A DNA stretch of 64,000 nt, taken from OCS116 cluster bacterium AG-390-A19 (GTDB lineage Bacteria; Pseudomonadota; Alphaproteobacteria; MED-G09). The translations under genes and the position numbers were made by a program. Numbering within the stretch: the stretch's first letter is position 1; every line of letters starts with the position of its first letter. Positions 52,288-62,216 of the stretch are shown piece by piece. The stretch spans positions 28,385 through 92,384 of the forward strand of contig QCGV01000003.1 of the NCBI GenBank assembly GCA_003278145.1, written 5' to 3'. The notes under the pieces are model-generated. The model was not told the origin of the DNA. It did not search any database and was given only the letters and a program-made list of their open reading frames with translations.

Positions 52288-52379
52288 TTTATATATTTAG
52301 TTGAAAAACATAGTGAGCTAAATAAATATTCTTTTCTATATATTCTTGACTTTAAATAAAGAATATTAAGATTAATACC

Positions 52380-52943
52380 ATGAGAAAGTTATTTATAGAC
52401 TCAAATCAATTACTAGAAGATTCTTTTCAGCTTGCTTGGAAAGTTTATGAGAGTGGCTTTAGACCAAATTATATTGTTGGTGTATGGAGGGGTGGCGCTC
52501 CGGTTGGAATTGCTGTTCAAGAACTACTCCACGTCCTAGGATTACCTTCGGATCACATTGCTATAAGAACAAGTTCTTATACTTCTATTGGGAAAAGATC
52601 AAAAGAAGTAAGTGTATATGGTTTAAATTATGTAATTAAAAAACTTGAATCAGAGGACTCATTATTAATTGTTGATGATGTCTTTGATACCGGTCTTTCA
52701 ATTAATCAGGTAATTTCAGATTTAAAAACAGCATGCAAAAAAAATACTCCAGATATAAAAATAGCTACACCCTATTTTAAACCTTCAAATAACAGAACTA
52801 AAATAAAACCAGATTTTTATATTCATGAATCTGATAATTGGTTGGTATTTCCTCATGAGCTTGATGGATTAAATTTTGAAGAGATTAAAAAGAATAAACC
52901 TGAGATGAAGAATTTAATTGATAAGATTACTTCTCTTAAATAA
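52380..52943 (+). CDS. Purine phosphoribosyltransferase family protein (HPRT/XGPRT-like)
   Basis: It has the PRPP-binding loop LLIVDDVFDTGLS. The protein is 187 aa. Confidence 0.65.
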   Translation: MRKLFIDSNQLLEDSFQLAWKVYESGFRPNYIVGVWRGGAPVGIAVQELLHVLGLPSDHIAIRTSSYTSIGKRSKEVSVYGLNYVIKKLESEDSLLIVDDVFDTGLSINQVISDLKTACKKNTPDIKIATPYFKPSNNRTKIKPDFYIHESDNWLVFPHELDGLNFEEIKKNKPEMKNLIDKITSLK

Positions 52944-52987
52944 AAAATTCTTATATCCTTAATAATTAATTATTAAAAAGAGTTTAA

Positions 52988-53602
52988 ATGGCTAAAATCT
53001 ATTTTCATAAAAACGATTTACCGACAGAAATTAAATTTCAAGATTCTGTTGCTGTTGACTCTGAGACACTTGGATTAAGACCAGAAAGAGATCCTCTTTG
53101 TCTTATTCAACTCTCATCAGGTGATGGAAATGCTCATCTTATTCAGCTTGATAGGGATAATTACGATGCTCCAAATTTAAAAAAAATATTAACAGATAAG
53201 AATTGTTTAAAAATTTTTCATTTTGCAAGGTTTGATGTAGCTGTTTTTAAGAAGTATCTTAATATCGATTGTGAGCCAATTTATTGTACTAAAATCGCTT
53301 CTAAACTTGTAAGAACTTATACCGATAAGCATGGATTAAAAGACTTATGTAAAGAGACTTTAAATATTGATTTATCTAAACAACAACAAAGTTCAAATTG
53401 GGGTGCCGAAGAGTTAACTGAGGATCAAAAAAAATATGCAGCTTCTGATGTAATTTACTTACACGAAATTAAATCAAAACTTGACCAACAATTAATAAAA
53501 ATGGATAGACAGGCTTTAGCCGATCAATGTTTTTCGTTCATAAATACAAGAGTGGATTTAGATTTAAAGGGATGGCCAGATATTGATATATTTAGTCATT
53601 AA
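52988..53602 (+). CDS. Short RNase D-like DEDDy 3'-5' exonuclease
   Basis: It has the Exo motifs VAVDSETLGL, IFHFARFD and YAASDVIYL. The protein is 204 aa. Confidence 0.7.
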   Translation: MAKIYFHKNDLPTEIKFQDSVAVDSETLGLRPERDPLCLIQLSSGDGNAHLIQLDRDNYDAPNLKKILTDKNCLKIFHFARFDVAVFKKYLNIDCEPIYCTKIASKLVRTYTDKHGLKDLCKETLNIDLSKQQQSSNWGAEELTEDQKKYAASDVIYLHEIKSKLDQQLIKMDRQALADQCFSFINTRVDLDLKGWPDIDIFSH

Positions 53603-53606
53603 TTGA

Positions 53607-54215
53607 ATGATAAATAAAGACCAAGTTCAAAATATCCGAATTAAAAGATTAAGAGTTATTTTCCCCTTGATCGCACTAGTAATAGTTTCTCTGATATTTT
53701 TTCAGTCTGTGAATATTACGACAACAAAAGAAAAAAATTTAAATCTTATTTTATCAGATCAATCTAATGATGGCGTTCTTAAGCCCTCAATGATTGGTGA
53801 AACTTCTTCAGGCCAACCTTTTATTTTAAATGCTCTTAGGGCGAGTCCTTTAGGTCCAGATCTTAGAGATATAGAATTAGAAAATGTAAGTATTACTCTA
53901 GGTAAAGAGGGAGTTCAAACAATAAGCGTAAATTCAAGAAATGCAAAATATTTTGCCAAAAATAATATTGCAATTTTCTTTGATGATATTGTTTCAAAGA
54001 CATCAGATGGTTATGACTTTATTGCCCAAGTTGTTAATGTAAACTTAGAAACTGGTTTTACTTTTTTAAATGGACCTGTTCAAGGAAGGAAAGGCGAAGT
54101 TGAATTTGATGCTGGTCATGTAGAGATACATGAAAGAGGCAATAAGATTTTTATATCCTCGGGAGTTAAGCTAATTATACCTGCTAGTTTTATAAAACAA
54201 ATTAACGAGGAATAA
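53607..54215 (+). CDS. lptC: LPS export system protein LptC
   Basis: It has a single N-terminal TM anchor followed by a beta-jellyroll-sized periplasmic domain. It lies immediately upstream of lptA-lptB. Confidence 0.6.
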   Translation: MINKDQVQNIRIKRLRVIFPLIALVIVSLIFFQSVNITTTKEKNLNLILSDQSNDGVLKPSMIGETSSGQPFILNALRASPLGPDLRDIELENVSITLGKEGVQTISVNSRNAKYFAKNNIAIFFDDIVSKTSDGYDFIAQVVNVNLETGFTFLNGPVQGRKGEVEFDAGHVEIHERGNKIFISSGVKLIIPASFIKQINEE

Positions 54216-54217
54216 AG

Positions 54218-54736
54218 ATGGTAAGTTTATATAGAAGTTTTTTAATTTTTATCTCTATTTTTATATATTTTGATGATCAATTATTGGCTAATGAATCTAT
54301 TTCTTTTGATACAAATATTAATGCGCCGCTTAAGGTAGATGCTGATAAAATGTATATTGATAAAATTGCCCTAGAAGGTGGGCTTTCAGGGTCTGTAAGT
54401 ATAAATCAAGGCCCCTTAAATTTTAGAGCAGATCAAATGGAGTTTACTTTTACGAATAATGCCTCAATGCCTGTAATAAAAAATTTATATGCCTCTAATG
54501 GTGTAGTGATTTCAAATCAAGATATGACCGCAACTGGAAATAACGCTTCCTATAGTGTAAGTAATAATGAAATTATTTTATTAGGGAGTGTTACCGTTGT
54601 AAATAATTTTACAACCTTGAAAGGTGATAAGCTTTTAATTGATTTAGAGACTGGTGCAATTAATTTTATTGCTGATGATAATCAAAATAATAGAGTTAAA
54701 GGCGTTTTAATGCAGAGTGAAAAAAAAGATGAATAG
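54218..54736 (+). CDS. lptA: LPS export periplasmic protein LptA (OstA-like)
   Basis: It has a signal peptide and the OstA-like repeat pattern (..ADKMYID.., ..ADQMEF.., ..ATGNNASYSVSNNEIILLGSVTV.., ..LKGDKLLIDLETG). Confidence 0.75.
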   Translation: MVSLYRSFLIFISIFIYFDDQLLANESISFDTNINAPLKVDADKMYIDKIALEGGLSGSVSINQGPLNFRADQMEFTFTNNASMPVIKNLYASNGVVISNQDMTATGNNASYSVSNNEIILLGSVTVVNNFTTLKGDKLLIDLETGAINFIADDNQNNRVKGVLMQSEKKDE

Positions 54737-55496
54737 TGATATAGTTAGCAAGCCTTCTGTAGTAACTAATAATGACAAAGGGCTTGAAATAAAACGTATA
54801 AGTAAGTCTTACAATAATCGTCCTGTTGTAAGAGAGGTTAGCTTTAATATAAATAAAGGAGAGGCTGTTGGTCTACTTGGACCAAATGGTTCAGGCAAAA
54901 CTACTATCTTCTATACTATTATTGGTCTAATAAAACCAAATACAGGATCTATTTTTTTAAATGGTTTTGATGTAACAGATTTACCCATATATAAGCGCTC
55001 TAAAAATGGTATTGGATATTTGCCTCAAGAAGCATCAATTTTTAGAGGAATGAATGTAGAAGATAATATAAAATCCATCCTTGAAATTGTTGAAACTGAT
55101 AAGCAGATTATTGAAAGTAATTTAGATCAATTATTGACAGAATTTGATATTAGCCATTTAAGAAGAACTCCTTCACTAGCTTTATCGGGTGGAGAGAGAA
55201 GAAGAGTTGAAATAGCTCGGTGCCTTGCAGGAAAACCAAATTATATTTTATTGGATGAGCCTTTCGCAGGTATTGACCCAATTGCACTCAGCGAAATTAA
55301 AGAATTGGTCTCTCATTTAAAGGATAAAGGTGTTGGGGTTTTAATTACTGATCATAATGTTAGAGAGACTATGGGTTTAATTGATAGAGCGGTATTAATC
55401 CATGAAGGTTCTGTTTTAATTGAAGGTAAACCAGAAGATATTATTAAAAATGATGATGTTAGAAGAGTTTATCTTGGAGAGCGTTTTTCGATTTAA
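54729..55496 (+). CDS. lptB: LPS export ABC transporter ATP-binding protein LptB
   Basis: It has Walker A GPNGSGKTT, the signature LSGGERRRVEIAR, Walker B ILLDEPFAGIDP and the C-terminal VRRVYLGERF. I prefer ATG 54729 to the tracked GTG at 54717. Confidence 0.9.
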   Translation: MNSDIVSKPSVVTNNDKGLEIKRISKSYNNRPVVREVSFNINKGEAVGLLGPNGSGKTTIFYTIIGLIKPNTGSIFLNGFDVTDLPIYKRSKNGIGYLPQEASIFRGMNVEDNIKSILEIVETDKQIIESNLDQLLTEFDISHLRRTPSLALSGGERRRVEIARCLAGKPNYILLDEPFAGIDPIALSEIKELVSHLKDKGVGVLITDHNVRETMGLIDRAVLIHEGSVLIEGKPEDIIKNDDVRRVYLGERFSI

Positions 55497-55500
55497 TATT

Positions 55501-55857
55501 ATGGTCACTAATATATTTGAAGATTTAACAAATTCAGTAATAAGTTGTTTTAATAAATATTTTGATTTTGAGACTAGATCGTCAAGAAAAGAATTTTGGT
55601 ATTGGCAACTATTCAGAATTTTAATGTTTTTATCTATTACTTTTATAGAAAGTCTTGGCCTAAGTGGACTACTATTTATATCCAACTTTATTTTTTTAAT
55701 TCCAGAAATTGCTGTTTCAATAAGAAGATTACATGACATAAATAAGTCTGGTTGGTGGATACTTTTGACCTTTACAATTATAGGTATTATTCCTCTCACT
55801 TATTTTTACTGTATAAAGGGTGATGATGGTGTTAATGATTATGGCCAACCGAATTAA
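55501..55857 (+). CDS. DUF805 (YhaH/YhaI-like) inner-membrane protein
   Basis: It has RSSRKEFWYWQLF, two or three TM helices and the IRRLHDINKSGWW motif. The tracked start at 55420 lies inside lptB, so I trimmed it to ATG 55501. Confidence 0.7.
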   Translation: MVTNIFEDLTNSVISCFNKYFDFETRSSRKEFWYWQLFRILMFLSITFIESLGLSGLLFISNFIFLIPEIAVSIRRLHDINKSGWWILLTFTIIGIIPLTYFYCIKGDDGVNDYGQPN

Positions 55858-55868
55858 GGATTAAAAAT

Positions 55869-57704
55869 TTGAATTCTTTTAAAAATATTGCCAAAAACTC
55901 TCTCAAAGCTTTGAAGTGGTTATGGATATTAATTTCTTATATTCCAACTTTTTTAATTAGAACAGTTACTGTCTTAATTATTATCCTGATCATATTTAAC
56001 TATTTTTCAAAATTCACAACAAAAATTAAAACTGGAACTGCATTACTTTTGCAAATGGATGGTGTGCTTGTTGAGCAGGCAAAAAGTAGAGGTAGTTTTG
56101 ATTTTTTTGCTCAGAGTAGTGAGCCTGAAGAAATTGAAATAAATAAAATTGTTAGTGCAATTAAATTAGCTGGAGATGATAAAAATATAGAAAGTATTGT
56201 TATTGATCTTAGTAATTTTGTTGGGGGGTATCCAGCTGATATACTTTATCTTTCTGAAATCTTATTAAAATTTAAAGAGAGTAATAAGAAAAGTATTATT
56301 GCGATAGCAGATTATTATTCCCAGCCCTCATATATACTAGCTTCCACTGCCGATGAAATAATTGCTCATAAAAATGGTGGAGTTTCTATTTATGGATGGT
56401 CTTCTAAAAGAGTATTTCTAAAGAATTTACTAGATAAATTAGAATTAGAAGTTATTGAGTTCTCTAAAGGTGAATACAAAAGCGCTACTGAAATTTTTAC
56501 AAGGGACTCAATGAGTGATGCATCAAAAGAAGCTAACCAAAAATTACAAAGTTCAATTTGGAAATATACCTCAAATTTTATTGAGAAAAACAGAAATCTC
56601 GAGAGGGGTAAAATTGATTTTTATTTAGATAATATTGATATTTTAGCAAAAGATAATAATTTTGATTTTGCTGATCTAGCTATCAGTTATGGCTTAGTAG
56701 ACAGTTTAAAAACTAGATCTGAAATTGAACAATACCTTAGTGAAAAATTTCCTCATCCTAAGAAAGATTGGCGATATATTAATTTAGATGAATATTTAAA
56801 GACTGAAATAACAAATAGTGAAAATTTAGTAGGAGTAATTTCTGTTGCAGGTACTATTATGGATGGTAATCAACCAAGAGGAACTGCTGGTGGAGAAAAT
56901 ATTTCTTCATTGATTAAAAGTGCTAGAAAAGAAAATAATCTAAAGGCACTTATTTTAAGGGTTAACACTCCCGGAGGTAGTGCTTTTGCATCTGAGCTTA
57001 TAAGAGAGGAACTGCTAGAAATTAAAAATCTTGAGATACCGATTATTGTCTCAATGGGAGGTGTTGCAGCCTCAGGTGGATATTGGATATCAGCAGAGTC
57101 AGATTTTATATTTGCTCATGAAACTACTGTAACAGGTTCAATTGGTGTCGCAGCTCTTTTATTAAATGCAGAAGAAACTTCAAAAAAAATAGGATTAAAT
57201 GAAGATGGAATTGAAAAAACGCCTTTTTCCTCTGGTTTTAATACTGGCGTTCTCTTAACAACTCCCTCTGATAGATTTCTTGATTTGATTCAAGGTTCAG
57301 TGGATAGACTTTATGATGATTTTGTAGATATTGTATCTAGGGGAAGGAATCTATCAGTAGATCAGGTAAATGATATAGCTAAAGGAAGAGTTTGGTCGGG
57401 TAGCGATGCTCTTGATATAGGCCTTGTAGATGCTATTGGATCTTTTGATGATGCTTTAAATAAAGCAAAAGAGTTAGCCAATATTGACGATTATACACTT
57501 AAAATGTTTGATCAAAAAAGGAATGATTTTACGTTTTTGAAAAGAATTTTTGGATTAATGGGCATTCAGGAAGAAGATATTTTTAGTAAAAATTTATTTT
57601 ATAACTTACAAAATGACTTTTTAAAAACCACGAAATTGTCAATGAATCTTAATGACCCTGATAATTTATATTTTCTTTGTGATGAATGTATAGTTAAGTA
57701 TTAA
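55869..57704 (+). CDS. sppA: Signal peptide peptidase SppA, 67K type (tandem S49 domains)
   Basis: The protein is 611 aa with an N-terminal TM segment. The second S49 domain has NTPGGSAFASE and the nucleophile region GGVAASGGYWIS. The start is TTG. Confidence 0.8.
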   Translation: MNSFKNIAKNSLKALKWLWILISYIPTFLIRTVTVLIIILIIFNYFSKFTTKIKTGTALLLQMDGVLVEQAKSRGSFDFFAQSSEPEEIEINKIVSAIKLAGDDKNIESIVIDLSNFVGGYPADILYLSEILLKFKESNKKSIIAIADYYSQPSYILASTADEIIAHKNGGVSIYGWSSKRVFLKNLLDKLELEVIEFSKGEYKSATEIFTRDSMSDASKEANQKLQSSIWKYTSNFIEKNRNLERGKIDFYLDNIDILAKDNNFDFADLAISYGLVDSLKTRSEIEQYLSEKFPHPKKDWRYINLDEYLKTEITNSENLVGVISVAGTIMDGNQPRGTAGGENISSLIKSARKENNLKALILRVNTPGGSAFASELIREELLEIKNLEIPIIVSMGGVAASGGYWISAESDFIFAHETTVTGSIGVAALLLNAEETSKKIGLNEDGIEKTPFSSGFNTGVLLTTPSDRFLDLIQGSVDRLYDDFVDIVSRGRNLSVDQVNDIAKGRVWSGSDALDIGLVDAIGSFDDALNKAKELANIDDYTLKMFDQKRNDFTFLKRIFGLMGIQEEDIFSKNLFYNLQNDFLKTTKLSMNLNDPDNLYFLCDECIVKY

Positions 57705-57713
57705 TCTAATTAC

Positions 57714-57742
57714 TTGCCCCAAAGCATCTATAGGGTTATAAC
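57714..57742 (+). promoter_or_regulatory. Possible sigma-70-type promoter for rpmF
   Basis: The layout is TTGCCC (57714-57719), a 17-nt spacer, then TATAAC (57737-57742), about 38 nt upstream of the rpmF ATG. In an AT-rich genome such matches can occur by chance. Confidence 0.3.
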
Positions 57743-57779
57743 TCCATCAAATGAATTAATATACCGAACGGAGTGTAAA

Positions 57780-57965
57780 ATGGCAGTTCCAAAAAGAAAG
57801 GTAAGTCCTTCTCGACGAGGAAAGAGGAGAGGAGGTCATCAATCAGAAAACCCTACTTATGTAGAGAATAAAGATTCTGGCGAACTTCACAGACCGCACC
57901 ACATTGATCTAAAAACAGGTATGTATAATGGTCGTAAGGTAATAGAGACTAAAGAACCAAAATAA
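57780..57965 (+). CDS. rpmF: 50S ribosomal protein L32
   Basis: It starts [17 protein letters not shown]... The tracked ORF start at 57714 (TTG) is trimmed to ATG 57780, which is preceded by GGAGTG. Confidence 0.9.
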   Translation: MAVPKRKVSPSRRGKRRGGHQSENPTYVENKDSGELHRPHHIDLKTGMYNGRKVIETKEPK

Positions 57966-57974
57966 TATTTAATT

Positions 57975-58868
57975 TTGATTTTTTCATCAAAAACAAAAGG
58001 TCTAATTCTTTTATTAATAGCATCGATAGTGTGGGGCTCTACTTTTGTCCCTCAAAAAATTGCTATGCAGGACTGGTCAGCACTACAATTTACTTCCTTT
58101 AGATTTTTAATTGGGGGAATAATCCTATTTTCTTTTATCAAATTCTCATCAGAGAAAATTAAATCTAATTTTGAATTTTTAATTATTTCTTTGTTAAGTG
58201 GTTTGGTTCTTGCTCTTGCGGCTTTAACTCAACAAATTGGTATTGTAACAACAACAGCTACTAATGCAGGTTTTTATACTAGTTTATATGTTCTAATTGT
58301 TCCTTTTATAGGATTGTTTGTTTCTAAATCTCTTCATTGGTCTATTTGGCCAAGTATAATTGTGTGTTTTACGGGTTCAGTTCTTCTAAGTTCATCGGGT
58401 GATAGTATAAGTCTGTCTAATATAAGTAATGGTGATTTATGGGTAATCTTTAGTGCTATTTTTTGGGCAATTCACCTGCATATAGTATCGTATGCAGTAT
58501 TAAAACTACCAATTTTTAAATTTTCTATAATTCAGTTTATTATTTGTGGATTCTTATTATTTATTTATGGAAGTATTTTTGACAGTCAAAATTTTTTAAA
58601 TTTTACGAATGTTTCAAGTTCAGGAATTTTTTACCTTTTTTATTGCTCTCTTGGCTCAGTATGTATTGGCTTTACTCTACAGATGTTCGGTCAAAGGTTA
58701 GTAGAGCCAACTCCTGCTGCTTTAATAATGAGTACTGAAGCAATTTTTGCTGCAATTTTTGCATGGATAATATTATCGGAGGTCTTAAATTTTAACGGAT
58801 TAGTTGGTGCCAGCCTTATATTTTTGGGTGTAATTTTTGTTCAATTAGCTCCAAAAGTTAAAATATAG
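57975..58868 (+). CDS. EamA/DMT-superfamily transporter
   Basis: It has about ten TM helices in two EamA repeats (..LLLIASIVWGSTFV..). The protein is 297 aa and the start is TTG. Confidence 0.7.
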   Translation: MIFSSKTKGLILLLIASIVWGSTFVPQKIAMQDWSALQFTSFRFLIGGIILFSFIKFSSEKIKSNFEFLIISLLSGLVLALAALTQQIGIVTTTATNAGFYTSLYVLIVPFIGLFVSKSLHWSIWPSIIVCFTGSVLLSSSGDSISLSNISNGDLWVIFSAIFWAIHLHIVSYAVLKLPIFKFSIIQFIICGFLLFIYGSIFDSQNFLNFTNVSSSGIFYLFYCSLGSVCIGFTLQMFGQRLVEPTPAALIMSTEAIFAAIFAWIILSEVLNFNGLVGASLIFLGVIFVQLAPKVKI

Positions 58869-58877
58869 TTAAACTTT

Positions 58878-59669
58878 TTACCATTCATTTCTAAGCTCTC
58901 TTAACTTTAAAAAGACATCTTTTGTACTTGGATTTTTTGGTAAATCTGGAAAATCATCTCTTAACTTACTAATGATTTCTTCATTTTTTAGTCTAAAAAA
59001 AGAATTTATTTCTTTTTCAATTTCGATAGTTGAAATTAATGCTTTTTCAGGATTTTTAATTAGTTTTCCTTCAATCATTTCTCTAGCTTTATAATTTTCA
59101 GGTTCTCGATCTAAAGTAAATTTTAAATTATTCTCCCAATAATCATGGCCCGGATAGATTCTTGTATTATTTGGTAATTTAAATAGTTGATTTATAAAAG
59201 TATCATATAACTCTTCAGGATTTCCACCACCCTTACAATGTCCTACACCAGCATTAAATAGTGTGTCTCCGCAAAATAACGAGGGATTATCGTTATTTGC
59301 AAACAAACATACATGGCTCATTGTATGCCCAGGTGTATCTAAAACATCTAAAGTAATTGATGAACCCACTTTAACAGTGTCGTCAGCTGATAAGCCTATA
59401 TCAATTCCATCAATTGAGTCCTTTGCATTCTTGTGAGCCAAAAGCCTAGCATTAGTAGATTCTATTATACTTTGATTACCTCCAATATGGTCCCAGTGCT
59501 CATGGGTATTCAATACTTGTGTTATTTCCCATCCATTTTTTTTGCAAATCGCTAGGCATTTTTCATGATCTAAAGGATCAATTGCCATAGCCTCACCTGT
59601 TTTGGGGCAAACAATTAAATAATTAAAATTACGAAATTGATTACCAGTCCATATTTGTTCTACAATCAA
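58878..59669 (-). CDS. gloB: Hydroxyacylglutathione hydrolase (glyoxalase II)
   Basis: It has the metallo-beta-lactamase motifs THEHWDHIGG, TPGHT, CGDTLF and GHDY. Confidence 0.85.
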   Translation of the reverse strand: MIVEQIWTGNQFRNFNYLIVCPKTGEAMAIDPLDHEKCLAICKKNGWEITQVLNTHEHWDHIGGNQSIIESTNARLLAHKNAKDSIDGIDIGLSADDTVKVGSSITLDVLDTPGHTMSHVCLFANNDNPSLFCGDTLFNAGVGHCKGGGNPEELYDTFINQLFKLPNNTRIYPGHDYWENNLKFTLDREPENYKAREMIEGKLIKNPEKALISTIEIEKEINSFFRLKNEEIISKLRDDFPDLPKNPSTKDVFLKLRELRNEW

Positions 59670-59713
59670 TAATGTCTCCTGCGAAATTTTGAAATTAAGT
59701 TAGAGTATATAAT

Positions 59714-60427
59714 ATGAAAATAAATATTGAAAATTTTAAAATATTTTATTCTAGTTTTTTAGGTAAATCTATTACTCAAATTATTTTAAAAAAAATTCTT
59801 AATTTATGGCCAAATTTCAATAATTCAAGAAATGCTATAATAGGTTTCGGTTTCCCTTTTTTAAGTGCCTTCAAATCTAATATTCAAAGATTATTTTTTC
59901 TTGTCCCTAATAAATTTGGATTATTTAATTTTTTTATAAATGAGAAAAATCTGACAGCTTCGGTCCAGGAAGATATCCTTCCTTTAGAAGATCTTTCAAT
60001 TGATAGATTACTTGTTGTTAATTGTTTTGAATATTTATCTGATCATAAGAAATTTTTAAGGGAAGCTTGGCGAATTTTAGATAAAGATGGAGAAATTATA
60101 ATTATAACTCCAAATACTTATGGTTTATGGCGTTTTTTTTATAAAAAAAAATTGAATTCACCAACAACTTTTAGCTCTTATGAATTGGACTTATTATTAT
60201 CAAATAATTTTCTTACCCCTATAAAGACAGAATATTGTTTATTCTTACCACCTCTAAAAAACAAATTTTTGATTAATAAAATAAGATCATTTGAGGTTCT
60301 AAATAATAGATTAACTAAATACTTCGCTGGTTTAATAATTACTAAGGGTAAGAAAAATTATTTATCTCCTGTTTCAAGTAAAAGTAAAACAGTTAAACAG
60401 AAAATTAGAGGTGATATTAGAGCTTAA
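59714..60427 (+). CDS. Class I SAM-dependent methyltransferase-like protein
   Basis: It resembles the methyltransferase type-11 region (..IDRLLVVNCFEYLSD..AWRILDKDGEIIIITPN). It is divergent from gloB, as in many alphaproteobacteria. The glycine-rich SAM loop is poorly recognisable. Confidence 0.5.
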   Translation: MKINIENFKIFYSSFLGKSITQIILKKILNLWPNFNNSRNAIIGFGFPFLSAFKSNIQRLFFLVPNKFGLFNFFINEKNLTASVQEDILPLEDLSIDRLLVVNCFEYLSDHKKFLREAWRILDKDGEIIIITPNTYGLWRFFYKKKLNSPTTFSSYELDLLLSNNFLTPIKTEYCLFLPPLKNKFLINKIRSFEVLNNRLTKYFAGLIITKGKKNYLSPVSSKSKTVKQKIRGDIRA

Positions 60428-61029
60428 TTTTTTATTAAGAAAATTGCCTCTTCTCCAAAAAAATTTGACCAACTATTTGGAGCACCGTTAAAGGATTTAG
60501 TGTTATTTGAATTAAGAACAATTGTTTTCTCAATTTTAATATTTAATTCACGACATAAATCAACAAAATCCAGTATACTGCATAAGTGAATATTTGGTGT
60601 ATCATACCAATTATTCGATAGTTTTTCTGTAATTGGCATTTTACCATGAGTAGCAAAACCTAGCCTTACTTTCCAATATCCAAAATTAGGTATTGAGATT
60701 ATTGCTTTTTTACCAATTCTAATTAATTCAATTAAGATATTTTTTGGATTATTTGTTGCTTGAATAGTTTGGCTTAAAATAACACAGTCAAATGACTGAT
60801 CAGGATATAAACTTAAATCGCTATCAGCATTTCCTTGTATTGCAGATAGTCCTTTTGCAACGCATTTATTCACTCTTTCTTGCTTAAGCTCAAGTCCTTG
60901 GCCTTTAACATTTTTTTTATTTTTTAAAGATTTAAGTAACTCTCCATTACCACAACCAACATCAAGTATTCTTGCCTCTTTATCAACAAGTGAAGTAATT
61001 AATTCTAAATCAGTACGATTATTAACCAT
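60424..61029 (-). CDS. metW: Methionine biosynthesis protein MetW
   Basis: It has the SAM-MTase-like motif ILDVGCGNGELL. The protein is 201 aa and lies directly downstream of metX, overlapping it. Confidence 0.85.
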   Translation of the reverse strand: MVNNRTDLELITSLVDKEARILDVGCGNGELLKSLKNKKNVKGQGLELKQERVNKCVAKGLSAIQGNADSDLSLYPDQSFDCVILSQTIQATNNPKNILIELIRIGKKAIISIPNFGYWKVRLGFATHGKMPITEKLSNNWYDTPNIHLCSILDFVDLCRELNIKIEKTIVLNSNNTKSFNGAPNSWSNFFGEEAIFLIKN

Positions 61030-62162
61030 TATATATTTGCCTCCAAAGAGACTGAATTAATAAATCCTCTCATTGCATCGTCAAACTCTGGTTCTTCTAA
61101 AAGAAATGCATCATGACCCTTGTCAGAATTAATATTAACAAAACTGACATCAGCGCCTCCTGCGCTTAAAGCTCTAACGATCATTAAATTTTCAGATGGA
61201 GGATAAAGCCAATCCCCGGTAAATGATGTAATTAGAAATTTAATATTAGTTTTACTATAAATTTCTGTAAGACTTTTTTTGTGTGTTTTTTCTAGGTCAA
61301 AATAATCCATTGCTCTTGTAATATACAAGTAAGAATTTGCATCAAATCTATCTACAAAGGTTAGGCCTTGATGTCTTAAGTAGCTCTCAATTTGGAAATC
61401 AGCATCAAATCCAAAACTTATCTCTTCTTTATCTTGAAGTCTCCTTCCAAATTTCTTCGTAAGAGAGGCCTCTGATAGATAAGTAACATGAGCTGTCATT
61501 CTTGCAATCGATAATCCTTTTGTCGGGTTAGAACCGGCTTTTATATAATTACCTCCATGCCAATCTGGATCAGCCATTATTGCTTGTCTACCAAGCTCAT
61601 GAAAAGCAATATTTTGTGCTGTATGTCTTGAGGATGTTGCAATTGGTATTGCAGAGAGTATTTTGTCTGGATAAGAGGCTGCCCATTCAAGAACCTGCAT
61701 ACCTCCCATTGACCCCCCAATGACTGACAAAAGTTTTTCTATTTCAAGGTATTGAATTAACCTCAATTGCGCATTAACCATATCAGAAATAGTTATAACA
61801 GGAAAATTAAGTCCGTATTCCTCACCAGTTTTTGGGTTTATAGAAGTTGGACCAGTAGATCCAAGACAACCTCCAAGAACATTTGCACAAATTACAAAAT
61901 ATTTATCGGTATCAATGGGTTTTCCGCTCCCAACCATCCTAGCCCACCAGCCATCCTTATCTGTAAGAGGATTTTTACTTGCCACAAACTGATCTCCAGA
62001 AAGGGCATGACAGATTATTATTGCATTTGATTTATCTTTATTGAGCTTACCGTAGCTTTCATAAGCCACGGTCAGCTCATCTATACTTGTTCCGTTCTCA
62101 AGTAGAAGAGGCTTATTATCTGTAAAGTATGAACATGGTAGTTTATTTTGATCACTATTCAT
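61029..62162 (-). CDS. metX: Homoserine O-acetyltransferase
   Basis: It has an alpha/beta fold with the nucleophile elbow GGSMGGMQ and a catalytic His in DKGHDAFL. The protein is 377 aa. Confidence 0.9.
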   Translation of the reverse strand: MNSDQNKLPCSYFTDNKPLLLENGTSIDELTVAYESYGKLNKDKSNAIIICHALSGDQFVASKNPLTDKDGWWARMVGSGKPIDTDKYFVICANVLGGCLGSTGPTSINPKTGEEYGLNFPVITISDMVNAQLRLIQYLEIEKLLSVIGGSMGGMQVLEWAASYPDKILSAIPIATSSRHTAQNIAFHELGRQAIMADPDWHGGNYIKAGSNPTKGLSIARMTAHVTYLSEASLTKKFGRRLQDKEEISFGFDADFQIESYLRHQGLTFVDRFDANSYLYITRAMDYFDLEKTHKKSLTEIYSKTNIKFLITSFTGDWLYPPSENLMIVRALSAGGADVSFVNINSDKGHDAFLLEEPEFDDAMRGFINSVSLEANI

Positions 62163-62216
62163 AACAATAAGATAACCTCTTATTGGAAATATTAGAATTA
62201 ATATTTAATTAATTCT

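Noticed and set aside
55416-55799. A 127-aa minus-strand ORF spans the lptB 3' end and the DUF805 gene.
   Set aside because: It is antisense to two well-supported plus-strand genes. Its sequence is Ile/Lys/Asn-rich and low-complexity, with no motif. The DUF805 signature on the plus strand explains the region.
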